A DNA stretch of 64,000 nt, taken from NCBI GenBank assembly GCA_963665295.1, contig OY762209.1, positions 2,272,001 through 2,336,000 on the forward strand, read 5' to 3'. Position numbers and translations under genes: made by a program. This DNA comes from Syntrophorhabdaceae bacterium. Lineage in GTDB: Bacteria > Desulfobacterota > Syntrophorhabdia > Syntrophorhabdales > Syntrophorhabdaceae. A model generated the notes under the pieces. The model was not told the origin of the DNA, searched no databases, and was given only the letters and a program-made list of their open reading frames with translations. Of this stretch, positions 8,086 through 16,895 are shown piece after piece; the first letter of the stretch is position 1; every line of letters starts with the position of its first letter.

Positions 8086-9895
8086 AGTGAAGCAGCCAGG
8101 CTTTGTCCAATTCGATAAGTATTCGGATTATTTTACAAACCGGTCCGAATTGGATATTGATTTCGCTAACGCTCGCATCCTAGCAGACATCGGGCTTCTG
8201 CCCCTCTATAAGGTTGGCGAGAAAGAAGTTGTCTTAGTGAATGACTTAGACTCTATTATTCCAATCCTTTCAAAAATGTCCCTATTATACGACACTTCAT
8301 TGTTTGCAGACAGTTTTCTAAGTAAAGGTGGGCCTCTGAAAATTTCTCCGCGCAAAGGTACCATGGTTGATATATTACCGATGAGCTCAAGAATGCAGAT
8401 TGATCCTGTCTTTTATGCGGCAGCTCGAAATCTCATGACCTTCATTTGTAAATTGGTCGATGACTCCGAGACTGAGAATACTACATCGCTTGATTATTTC
8501 CTTCCAGGGCGTGTATCAACGTCATCTGATCAAGTGAGACGCTATATTGAGAGACAGAAACGACGAGCGGACCTCACCTACTTATCACATGCAAGCCAGT
8601 TCGCAAATACGGCCTACTATATGGGGTCGAAGCGCATGTTAAGGGCGTTCCTGGTTGAGGCGATAGCGGAAGTGTTACCCGATGATGGCACGGTTGTCGA
8701 TTTGATGTGTGGCTCCGGTGCTGCTTCGGGAGCCTTCAATAAAGTCTGGAATACGATAGCCTCAGACGCTCAAGAATTTTGTACTACCCTAGCTCTCGTG
8801 CAGGGTGGTGGATTCTCGGCTGGCCAAGCGCAGAAATTGCTGGATCTAATTCTCCCAATCGCTCGTGACCATGCCAATATATTGCGAGGCAAGCTTCTTT
8901 ATTTTCTTCAGTGGGAGGACAGAATCCTTCACGGTGACACCGGGGCCAAATTGCTGTCGGAATACGAAAGATTTGTGATGTCCTTCCCGACCTATCCGCA
9001 CGGAACTGCTCATGGTGGATGGGACCCTCTGCAGGAAGTAGCTATGCGAAAGAAAGACATTCACCTCTACCCCTATTGTCTATTTGTCGCGTACTATGCA
9101 AATTTGTATTTTGGGTTGAGGCAGTCGGTGGAGATCGACAGTTTAAGATATGCACTAGACCAGGTAAAGGACGCGGTAGAAAAACAATGGGGAATGGGAG
9201 CTCTGATCGCGACGCTGAGTTCTTTGGGCACAACTTATGCTGGCCACTTTGCTCAACCTGTAGCAACTTCAACCAGACCTCTCAGTTTGCAGACGTTTTC
9301 AAAGATTTTAGAGATCAGAAGTTTTTCCATAATCCACGAGTTCAGCGTTAGGTTGCTTAGTCTGGCGGCTGAAAGTGAACGATCGAAAAATCCCATTGAG
9401 GTCATACCCGGGAGATGGTCAGACACCATGCCAGTCCTTGACAAAATTCTTGATAATCGCAAGAGAACCCTTGTCTACCTTGACGCGCCATATACCAGAG
9501 AGGAATACAGCCGTTATTATCATATTCTTGAGACCATTGTTTCTTATGGGTACCCTTCCTGTATAGGAGTGGGAAAAATTCCAGACAAACAGGCGAAGGA
9601 AAGGTTTCGTTCGGAGTTCTTTACAAAAGACAAAGCCAAGTTCGAGGCGGCTTTAGTCAAAATCATTGCAGAGGTCTTGAGCCGTGGCTGGATATGCGCT
9701 TGGAGTTATTCAGATTCTGGAAAAGCGAGCATCGTAACAGTTGTCGAGCAAGTACTGGGTAACGTGGACTGTCGCGCTCGGTCATTTTCGGTCCCTTATG
9801 AACATAAATCGCAAGGTGGTAAATCACCCAAGAAAGTGATCGAGTACCTCGTCATATTTCTGCCAGAGGAGACAAAAGGTTCGTTCGACATTTGA
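8072..9895 (+). CDS. Second D12-class DNA adenine methyltransferase with N-terminal extension (DAPY motif)
   Basis: YMGSKR, VVDLMCGSG, GHFAQP, VYLDAPY...YSRYYHILET, FRSEF. ATG 8072 with GGAG overlaps the upstream stop. Confidence 0.85.
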   Translation: MLSRKVKQPGFVQFDKYSDYFTNRSELDIDFANARILADIGLLPLYKVGEKEVVLVNDLDSIIPILSKMSLLYDTSLFADSFLSKGGPLKISPRKGTMVDILPMSSRMQIDPVFYAAARNLMTFICKLVDDSETENTTSLDYFLPGRVSTSSDQVRRYIERQKRRADLTYLSHASQFANTAYYMGSKRMLRAFLVEAIAEVLPDDGTVVDLMCGSGAASGAFNKVWNTIASDAQEFCTTLALVQGGGFSAGQAQKLLDLILPIARDHANILRGKLLYFLQWEDRILHGDTGAKLLSEYERFVMSFPTYPHGTAHGGWDPLQEVAMRKKDIHLYPYCLFVAYYANLYFGLRQSVEIDSLRYALDQVKDAVEKQWGMGALIATLSSLGTTYAGHFAQPVATSTRPLSLQTFSKILEIRSFSIIHEFSVRLLSLAAESERSKNPIEVIPGRWSDTMPVLDKILDNRKRTLVYLDAPYTREEYSRYYHILETIVSYGYPSCIGVGKIPDKQAKERFRSEFFTKDKAKFEAALVKIIAEVLSRGWICAWSYSDSGKASIVTVVEQVLGNVDCRARSFSVPYEHKSQGGKSPKKVIEYLVIFLPEETKGSFDI

Positions 9896-9964
9896 AGGTC
9901 CTGACAAATGCATAGATGCTTCCCATAATTTACGATCAGGGCCAAAACGTCGCCAGCTCGTTTC

Positions 9965-10123
9965 ATAGGGAGGCGATAGGGACGTCCATTGAATGATCAA
10001 ATTATCTGCGGTTTGCAGAAAACTAAAGGTTTAGGCGTCGAAGAAATCCCTAATGATGTCAACCTTTAACTGTTTCTTCCCGAAATCATTGCCGAGTCAA
10101 AGGAGTCCGTGCTCGACTTATAG
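9965..10123 (+). repeat. ~160 bp imperfect direct repeat, copy 1 (copy 2 at 25609-25768)
   Basis: Near-identical stretch ATAGGGAGGCGATAGGGACGTCC...GGAGTCCGTGCTCGACTTATAG. This copy ends exactly at the IS1634 terminus. Confidence 0.93.
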
Positions 10124-11865
10124 CCTGACTTCCCGCCCTATTGTAACGAGGCCGGCCCCCTTACCTCCAGCCTCGCATAAAGTTCCATCTGTTTCTTCGT
10201 CATCTCCCCCACCATGAGACGCTGCCCCGGCACTTCGTAACATTCGATGACATCAAGCTCATCCAGGACTTCCTGCAGCGTGTAATCTTTGAAGAGGTTG
10301 CTCTCCTGCATCTTCCTGGTGATGTGAGATAAGAAGATAAGGGCGATGAACTGGACAAAGAGCTTGCCGTCGAGACTCTGCTCGGAGGAGACGGCAAGCC
10401 TGCGTACGTTCAGCCGTTCCTTCAGGTTCTCGAAGGCCTTCTCCACCAGGTCCTTGTTCCGGTAGATGGTAAGCGCTTCAAGGGGGTCTTTTATTTCGTT
10501 GCTTAGGAGGGCAAAGTATCCGTAATTGCGTTTCGCCTCTATGAGAACCTCTTCTTTGGCAACCACTTTTGTCCCCCGGACCGGCGTACTCTTCACCTCG
10601 AAGTATTTCGCATAGTATTTCTCATGATCCGGATAGCGAGTACCGCGTTCCAGTTCTTCCTGCCAATCAGAGAGACGGGTAGTGAAGGCCAGCTCATCCT
10701 CTAAGGCTCTCTCCGGAGAGAAATACAGATGAAGATACATCCGGCGGTCCTCCGCGAGGGTGTCTCCTTTGTGGGGCCGATCCTGTACATAGTCCCAGGT
10801 GATCGGCAAAGAATAGGCATAGAGCCCATAGGTCTTACTGTAATGGGTGAAGCTCCGCATCTTCTCCCGGACGGGGTCAAGGTGCCTCTCCACGAACGTA
10901 AGGGGCAGCCGTGCGGCAATGAGGAACTTCATATGATGTTTATACAGGTCGTTGATATTGGCCGCACTGTAGAAACCCCGGTCCAGGACCACCTTGATCT
11001 TTTCATAACCCAGGGCGTTCATGTCGCTGAGCAATCTCCTCAATGTCTTCACATCGGGGATGTTGCCCGGGAGCTTCCGGTAATAGAAGGGCAGGCGTGA
11101 CTGCTGTCCGAAGAGGAGTGCAAGGTTGATCTGGGGAAGGTGCTCATGGTCCTTGTTCTTCCCGTAGCGTACCTGCCGCAGGCACTGGGAGTAACTGGAG
11201 ATGGAGGTGCTGTCATAGGCGAGATATTCCTTCTCTACCCGGCGCTTCCCCTGAAGGGTAAAGAACCGCTGTCTTCCTTCCTCGGTGATCGCGGCAAAGA
11301 GGTCGCTACTCCTCTGGGAGGAGATGACCTCCCCATGTGGATGCCAATGAACGTGAGCCCACCGGGGGAAGCGGCTCAAGGGGTTCTTGTCCTCCAATAT
11401 GAGGTAATAGGCGAGGGAGAGGATCTTACGATAGCTATCGGGGAAACAGGTCCTCAAATCCTTTGTCACCCCTATCTCTTCCCCGATACGGTCGAAGAGG
11501 TAGGTGGCCCCATAAAACAACCGGGCAGTCCGGGTGATGGGCACCGGGCCAGGCTTGATCGTCTTTGGCTCCACCTTCTTTTTCCTGGTGGGGATGATTT
11601 CCCCAGTCTCTTCGTCTACCCTTCCGATGCACACACGCTTTGCCCTGGACTGCTTCCTCTCCTTATCCCAGAATGAGACCGATTCATAGGCATACCTGAC
11701 CCCGGTCTTCTTATTGGTCTGATAGACGATCGCCATGCATTCCCTCCTTCATCGTTACAACACTATAACTTGTAACGATGACAAATGCAAGGGGAATCAC
11801 ACCTAATTCTATGTTTATTAATGGGTTAGATGTGTTTCCTCGTTATAATTGCGCGGGAAGTCGGG
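10124..11865 (-). mobile_element. IS1634-family insertion sequence
   Basis: Inverted repeats CCTGACTTCCCGC (10124) and GCGGGAAGTCGGG (ends 11865). The flanks (TTATAG / TAATTA) are not duplicated. Confidence 0.88.
10138..11736 (-). CDS. IS1634-family transposase
   Basis: YAYES..WD...KQSR N-terminus; AYDSTSISSYS, LPQINL, GNIPDVKT, LDRGFYS, YRNKDLVEKAFENLK. Confidence 0.92.
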   Translation of the reverse strand: MAIVYQTNKKTGVRYAYESVSFWDKERKQSRAKRVCIGRVDEETGEIIPTRKKKVEPKTIKPGPVPITRTARLFYGATYLFDRIGEEIGVTKDLRTCFPDSYRKILSLAYYLILEDKNPLSRFPRWAHVHWHPHGEVISSQRSSDLFAAITEEGRQRFFTLQGKRRVEKEYLAYDSTSISSYSQCLRQVRYGKNKDHEHLPQINLALLFGQQSRLPFYYRKLPGNIPDVKTLRRLLSDMNALGYEKIKVVLDRGFYSAANINDLYKHHMKFLIAARLPLTFVERHLDPVREKMRSFTHYSKTYGLYAYSLPITWDYVQDRPHKGDTLAEDRRMYLHLYFSPERALEDELAFTTRLSDWQEELERGTRYPDHEKYYAKYFEVKSTPVRGTKVVAKEEVLIEAKRNYGYFALLSNEIKDPLEALTIYRNKDLVEKAFENLKERLNVRRLAVSSEQSLDGKLFVQFIALIFLSHITRKMQESNLFKDYTLQEVLDELDVIECYEVPGQRLMVGEMTKKQMELYARLEVRGPASLQ

Positions 11866-12466
11866 TAATTACTGAGCCGAAAGTAGCGATGGGGTTTTGT
11901 TGCATATCTTCATAACGAACAATATGAATGGGAATCAGCGCTTGTTCCTGCCAGCTTTTTACATGGCTCTTCCACGAAAGTAGTTTTTGGCGAAGTTGTC
12001 CTTCTCTTTTGCCGGCAACCTGTGCTTCTTCATTTATTAATAAGTTTAAAGTCGGATCAATCTTGCCGGCCCTGTGGTTGGCATATGATACGCAAACATC
12101 CATTGGATTGCGTACAAAATAAACAGCACATCTGGAAATTTCTTCCGGGAAAAGGGGTTCACCTGTGGCATTCACAGTGTAAGCATCATGTGTTTTTTTG
12201 TAACTTGTTTCTCCTGCGATTTCTGCTTTATGCGATAAGATCCGATACATATCGGGCCGGTAAAAATCGACCTCTTCGGGTGTAAGTTCGAATGGATTCA
12301 GCCCAATTACATCTTCGAAATCAATGGCATTGCCCGAAAGAGGAGTCGATTCAATCTCTTCTAATGATATCGGATCCGGCTTGTTCTTCAGGTAGTTGGC
12401 CAAGAACATTCGGAACCAGGTATTTCCGGATTTGGGGTAGGATACCAGCCAAACAATGTTCTTCAT
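11866..12466 (-). pseudogene. Sulfotransferase (Sulfotransfer_1-like), 3'-truncated by IS1634
   Basis: 5'-PSB loop SYPKSGNTW, KTHD, VRNPMDVCVS, RYEDM. The frame runs into the IS end and lacks the C-terminal PAPS-binding FRKG region. Confidence 0.85.
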
Positions 12467-13296
12467 TGGTCGATCTCTTTTTTAATGCATTTCATGGTTT
12501 CGTAAATATCACAAGAAGCAGGGCGGAAAATTTGGGTGACACGAACGTTACCTGCCAATTTAATTAATTGTTTGAAGTAGGTTTTTTCTGTTTCGGGCAT
12601 TCCCTTTAAGTACATTCTCCGGTAAATCTGACTGCGTAATGCATTGTACTTAAACATCCCGCTGATTTTATTCACTTCGAATGTATCTTTATTGTGTTTG
12701 CAAAGGATGAACAGATGATCTAAGTGAAGTTCAGCCGAAGAAGATTCCTGAATCGGGAGATAGAATTTATTGATGGAAGGTCTGATCATTTCAAGATTAT
12801 TATTCGTAATCTTCAATTTTAGGAGAGAATCGTCCCATAACTTCATTTTGGTTTTTATCGGAATGATAGCGGTTACTGGCCCGTTCATCCGAACAGGTGT
12901 GACATCATCGTTAATAAAACACCCGCCGTTCTGACAGAAAGCAGCCGTTACTGATGATTTACCGGAGCCGGAGTACCCGCAGATTAAGATGCCTTTCCCA
13001 TCGTATTCAAATGAGCAACCGTGGAAAGGCAAAATACCTTGCTGATGCAGTACAGCACCCAATATTGGGCCATTCAGAAAAAGTTTGATGGAAGCCATAT
13101 CTGCGTTTTCATGCGGATGAATAGACACATGATTCCCATCTCTCACGCGAAAGCTCGCGACATGATCAATATTCATTATAAAGTCACTCTCATCTACCTG
13201 AAGATGTGGAAAAGATAAACGTGCATTTGAGAGATTGCCTACTTCTTCACGAGAAAAATTGAGATACTCCAGGGCGACAGGAAAACTAAAATCCAT
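12463..13296 (-). CDS. HPr-kinase-like P-loop kinase (PadeK-type lasso peptide kinase)
   Basis: LPFHG, Walker A GYSGSGKS, INDDV. Lies between a lasso-like precursor and a sulfotransferase. Confidence 0.8.
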   Translation of the reverse strand: MDFSFPVALEYLNFSREEVGNLSNARLSFPHLQVDESDFIMNIDHVASFRVRDGNHVSIHPHENADMASIKLFLNGPILGAVLHQQGILPFHGCSFEYDGKGILICGYSGSGKSSVTAAFCQNGGCFINDDVTPVRMNGPVTAIIPIKTKMKLWDDSLLKLKITNNNLEMIRPSINKFYLPIQESSSAELHLDHLFILCKHNKDTFEVNKISGMFKYNALRSQIYRRMYLKGMPETEKTYFKQLIKLAGNVRVTQIFRPASCDIYETMKCIKKEIDQ

Positions 13297-13563
13297 AAAT
13301 GTACTTTTTTAGGAAGAATAGAAGGTAGAGGAGGTTTTTTAATAGTTTCTCCCGGTAGAATCTTTTGCGCATTTGCAAAATCCGTTCAACCTCGAACACC
13401 AAATCCGGAAAACCTCGAACACCTGATCCGGTGATATCCGAACAGTGAATCCGGAAAACCTCGAACACTTTTTCTCACTCACCGGATTCGGTGTTCGAGT
13501 AAAACGGATTTGTTACCCTCCCTGCCCGACATGATAGACTGCGCCCAAAAACGGAGGGCGCGG

Positions 13564-15111
13564 TTGAAGAAACAGGGGAGGAAATTATCCATGAAGAAAC
13601 TGAAGGAAGTTGCACGGCTGTATCTGGAACTGGGCCTGGGAGTGCGCCCTATCGCCCGGGCATGCAACATCTCCGCGTCCACCGCCTCGGTCTATGTGGA
13701 GAGACTCAAGGGCCTCGGAGCCACGTATGGGCAAATATGTGAGATGGACGAAGACGTTCTCTCAGGACTCCTTTTCCCCAAAGAGGAGAGGGCAACAAAG
13801 GCGCTGCCCGATTTTGACTATCTCACGACGGAACTCAAGAAAAAGAAGGTAACCCTCCAGATCCTTTACGAAGAGTACCGCCAGAACAATCCGGAGGGAT
13901 ATGAGCGGACCCAGTTCTACCACCTCTACCATGAGTGGGCCAAAAGGGCGGACCCCGTGATGCGTCTCACTCATAAGGCGGGAGAGAAGATGTTCGTCGA
14001 CTTCTCCGGAGACAAGGCCCACTACCAGGACGGCGCCACCGGCAAGACGGTTGAAGTCGAGCTCTTCGTCTCCGCACTCGGAGCAAGCTCCTATATATTC
14101 GCCCGGGCTGTTAAGGATCAGACAAAGGAGAGCTTCGTGGAATGCAACGTGAGGGCGCTCAATTACTACGGAGGCTCCCCCGAGTGCATCGTGCCTGACA
14201 ACTTGAAGGCCGGCGTGACCGATGCGTGTTACTATGATCCCGAGATCAACAAGACCTTCGCCGCCATGGCGGAACACTATCATATTGCGGTGCTGCCCAC
14301 GAGAAAGGGGAAAGCGAAGGACAAGGCCAAGGTGGAGAACGCCGTGCTCCAGGCCCAGAGGAGAATCTTGGCGGTACTGAGAAACCGGACGCTCTTCAGT
14401 ATCGGAGAGCTCAATGGCGCCATCCAGGAAGAAACGGAGAAGCTCAACAGAAGACCCATGGCGGTGATAGGCAAGTCCCGGTATGACCTCTTTGTGGAGA
14501 TAGAGAAGCCCGCACTAAAGCCGCTACCGGAAGAACGGTTCGTGATCGCGTCATGGCTTAACGCCACGGTCCATATCGACTACCATGTCGCGGTGGAGAA
14601 GACCTATTACAGCGTGCCCTACACCTTGATCGGCCATGAACTGGATGTGAGGTATACCTCCTCCGTGGTGGAAGTCTACGACCGCGGCAAAAGAGTCGCC
14701 TCTCATATGAGAATCAATAAGGCAGGCGCCTTCGTGACGGAGAACCTCCATATGCCCCGCGAGCACCGGCAATATCTTGAGTGGACGCCCGAGCGCATCA
14801 AGAAATGGGGAGCAAAGATCGGCCCCCATACAAAAGAGTTTATGGACGAGGTCATGGCGCACCGGGACCATCCCGAACAAGGCTTCCGAAGCTGCCTTGG
14901 TATTATCCGCTTATCAAAGACATATTCTCCGGAGCGGGTAGAGAAGGCATGCAAAAGAGCCCTGGAGCTTCAGGCGTATAATTACCGGAGCGTCAAATCT
15001 CTCCTTGAAAAGAATCTCGAGAATCTCACTCCGGCAGAAAGAAAGAACATCGTCCCCCTCCATGACAACATCCGGGGAAAAGACTATTACGGCGAGGTGA
15101 CCCATGATTGA
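13564..15111 (+). CDS. istA: IS21-family transposase IstA
   Basis: N-terminal HTH; MFVDFSG, IVPDNLKAGV, KDKAKVENAV. TTG start with GGAGG inferred. Confidence 0.93.
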   Translation: MKKQGRKLSMKKLKEVARLYLELGLGVRPIARACNISASTASVYVERLKGLGATYGQICEMDEDVLSGLLFPKEERATKALPDFDYLTTELKKKKVTLQILYEEYRQNNPEGYERTQFYHLYHEWAKRADPVMRLTHKAGEKMFVDFSGDKAHYQDGATGKTVEVELFVSALGASSYIFARAVKDQTKESFVECNVRALNYYGGSPECIVPDNLKAGVTDACYYDPEINKTFAAMAEHYHIAVLPTRKGKAKDKAKVENAVLQAQRRILAVLRNRTLFSIGELNGAIQEETEKLNRRPMAVIGKSRYDLFVEIEKPALKPLPEERFVIASWLNATVHIDYHVAVEKTYYSVPYTLIGHELDVRYTSSVVEVYDRGKRVASHMRINKAGAFVTENLHMPREHRQYLEWTPERIKKWGAKIGPHTKEFMDEVMAHRDHPEQGFRSCLGIIRLSKTYSPERVEKACKRALELQAYNYRSVKSLLEKNLENLTPAERKNIVPLHDNIRGKDYYGEVTHD

Positions 15112-15862
15112 GGCGATGATCGAGAAGATGCTCCTCATGAGGCTCTTTGGCATGGCGGAGGGGGTGAAAGAGCAGATGTGTGACGCCTACCGTGACCTCG
15201 GCTTCGAGGAGCGATTGGGGATCCTGATCGACAAGGAAAAGCTCTACCGGCAGAACAGCCAGATCAAGAGCCTTCTGTCTCAGGCTCACCTGCGTCACCC
15301 CAACGCCTGCGTTGAGGACATCGACTTCCGGACGAGACGGGGCCTGAGTAAAGAGGCGATGCTCAGGTTCTCCCAGAACGACTGGATAAGGAACTACCAG
15401 AATATTATCGTCATCGGGCCTACCGGTGCGGGGAAGACGTTCCTTGCCTGCGCGTTGGGGAATAGCGCTATACGGCAGGGGATACGGACCCTCTATGTAA
15501 GACTGCCCAGGTTCGTGCAGGACCTTAGGATCGCGAGGGCGGACGGGAGTTATGCGAGGCTCCTTGAACGGATACAGCGGATGAAGCTCCTCATCATCGA
15601 CGACTGGGGAATAAACCCCTTTGCAGACGGGGAGCGGAGGGACATCCTGGAGATCATGGAGGACCGGCACGGGGCCCGCTCCACCATCATCACCACCCAG
15701 TTCCCCATCGACACTTGGCACGACATCATCGGAGACCCGACCCTGGCGGACGCCATATGCGACCGGGTCATCCATAACGCTCACAAGATCATCCTGAAGA
15801 CAGGAGAGGAATCCATGCGGAAAATACATTCGACCTTGACGGAAGGTCGAACACTTTTATAA
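15104..15862 (+). CDS. istB: IS21 helper AAA+ ATPase IstB
   Basis: Walker A GPTGAGKT, Walker B LLIIDDWG, ADAICDRVIHNA. Confidence 0.95.
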   Translation: MIEAMIEKMLLMRLFGMAEGVKEQMCDAYRDLGFEERLGILIDKEKLYRQNSQIKSLLSQAHLRHPNACVEDIDFRTRRGLSKEAMLRFSQNDWIRNYQNIIVIGPTGAGKTFLACALGNSAIRQGIRTLYVRLPRFVQDLRIARADGSYARLLERIQRMKLLIIDDWGINPFADGERRDILEIMEDRHGARSTIITTQFPIDTWHDIIGDPTLADAICDRVIHNAHKIILKTGEESMRKIHSTLTEGRTLL

Positions 15863-15960
15863 AGTAGAGACGGCAGGGAGAGGACTACTGAAACACCGTT
15901 CGGATAAAACCGGATTGAGTGTTCGAAGTGACCGGATTAGCCAGCGCATTAGCTCATTTG

Positions 15961-16113
15961 TTAAGAAAACGAAGTGGTATTTTCTATTGCCCCGGCAATT
16001 TTCGCTGTCTTATCCACATCCAAATCTACAATTTCGGGTGTTACCCATTCTTTTTTCACTTGCTCTTCTTTGTCCATTTTTTGATTCGAATTATTTGTAA
16101 TACGGGCATCCAT
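15961..16113 (-). CDS. Lasso-peptide-like RiPP precursor (50 aa)
   Basis: MDARITNNSNQKMDKEEQVKKEWVTPEIVDLDVDKTA-KIAGAIENTTSFS. Has a WxxP-x-I leader, Thr at -2, Glu7 in the core and a C-terminal Ser. Strong AGGAGGT SD upstream of ATG 16113. Confidence 0.75.
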   Translation of the reverse strand: MDARITNNSNQKMDKEEQVKKEWVTPEIVDLDVDKTAKIAGAIENTTSFS

Positions 16114-16532
16114 TATCTTCACCTCCTGGCCTTTGTGAAAAGTTAAAGCACCCTTATTCCAGGGATTGCAAGCTTTTACCAAAGTGCAATTTCTTGTGCC
16201 CCCATACGATTCCAACAGATCAGCACATCTTCCATTTTGGGTTTTGAATGGTAGCACGGAGTGATCCCCCTATTTTGAATCTCATTGACAGGTAAATTTT
16301 ACAACATAAGACTAAGAATAAAGAAAACTCCTTCTATAATAATTGTTGATAAGGTATGCCGATGATTGCGGAAGGGATCTGTCGAAACAGCTTTTGCCTT
16401 GAGAGATTTTAGAAATTGGCGCCTCTTTGGGTCGATACCCCCCCATAGAGGAGGCCGTTTCGGGCATCATTCAGGCAAACCTGTCCTGCGCGCCCCGAAT
16501 GAGCTCCGCTGAATCTTCGATTTCTCAAAGCC

Positions 16533-16712
16533 TTATGCCTGGACATAGTCATCCCAGGCGTATTCCGGGTCCCGATAAAGGTGATCGTCATTGACGGGGA
16601 GTTGGGATACATCGTCCATGACGGCCGGGTCTATCGTTCCGCCTGTGCTGTGCATGCGGACAGGCGGATCATGGATTTTCGGTGGCGGTCTTGCTCTTGC
16701 CAGCCAAAATCC
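16533..16712 (-). pseudogene. Probable 3' remnant of an IS91-like (Y2) transposase
   Basis: GFWLARARPPPKIHDPP...YRDPEYAWDDYVQA* resembles the HLGLW...RAPP C-terminal tail of IS91-family transposases. No catalytic part remains. Confidence 0.4.
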
Positions 16713-16895
16713 GTCGTCCCCTATGAATGCTTGGCTCAACAATAATCGATGCGCTGTTACGTCGGACATCTTTATGACAAAAATTCTTTGACTATTTCGG
16801 TCCATAGTGTCAGAATTGAACCATCCAGAGAACATATTGGTTCAGCAGAGCTTGCGCGGAAAGTTGTCCGTATATTATACGCTGGGAAGGGCAAA

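Larger units (their letters stand above)
13374..15943 (+). mobile_element. IS21-family insertion sequence with 7-bp target duplication GCGCATT
   Basis: TG...CA ends with multiple subterminal (T)CGAACAC/ATCCGG repeats. GCGCATT at 13367-13373 and 15944-15950. Carries an istA/istB pair. Confidence 0.93.

Noticed and set aside
2833..9895. Calling the MTase operon an ordinary Type IIS R-M, BREX or DISARM system
   Set aside because: No endonuclease, PglZ, BrxC ATPase or Drm helicase motifs were found in any of the five genes.
13374..13500. Short spaced repeats (CCTCGAACAC/ATCCGG) resembling a mini-CRISPR
   Set aside because: They are the subterminal repeats of IS21, mirrored at 15890-15943. The period is too short and no cas genes are present.
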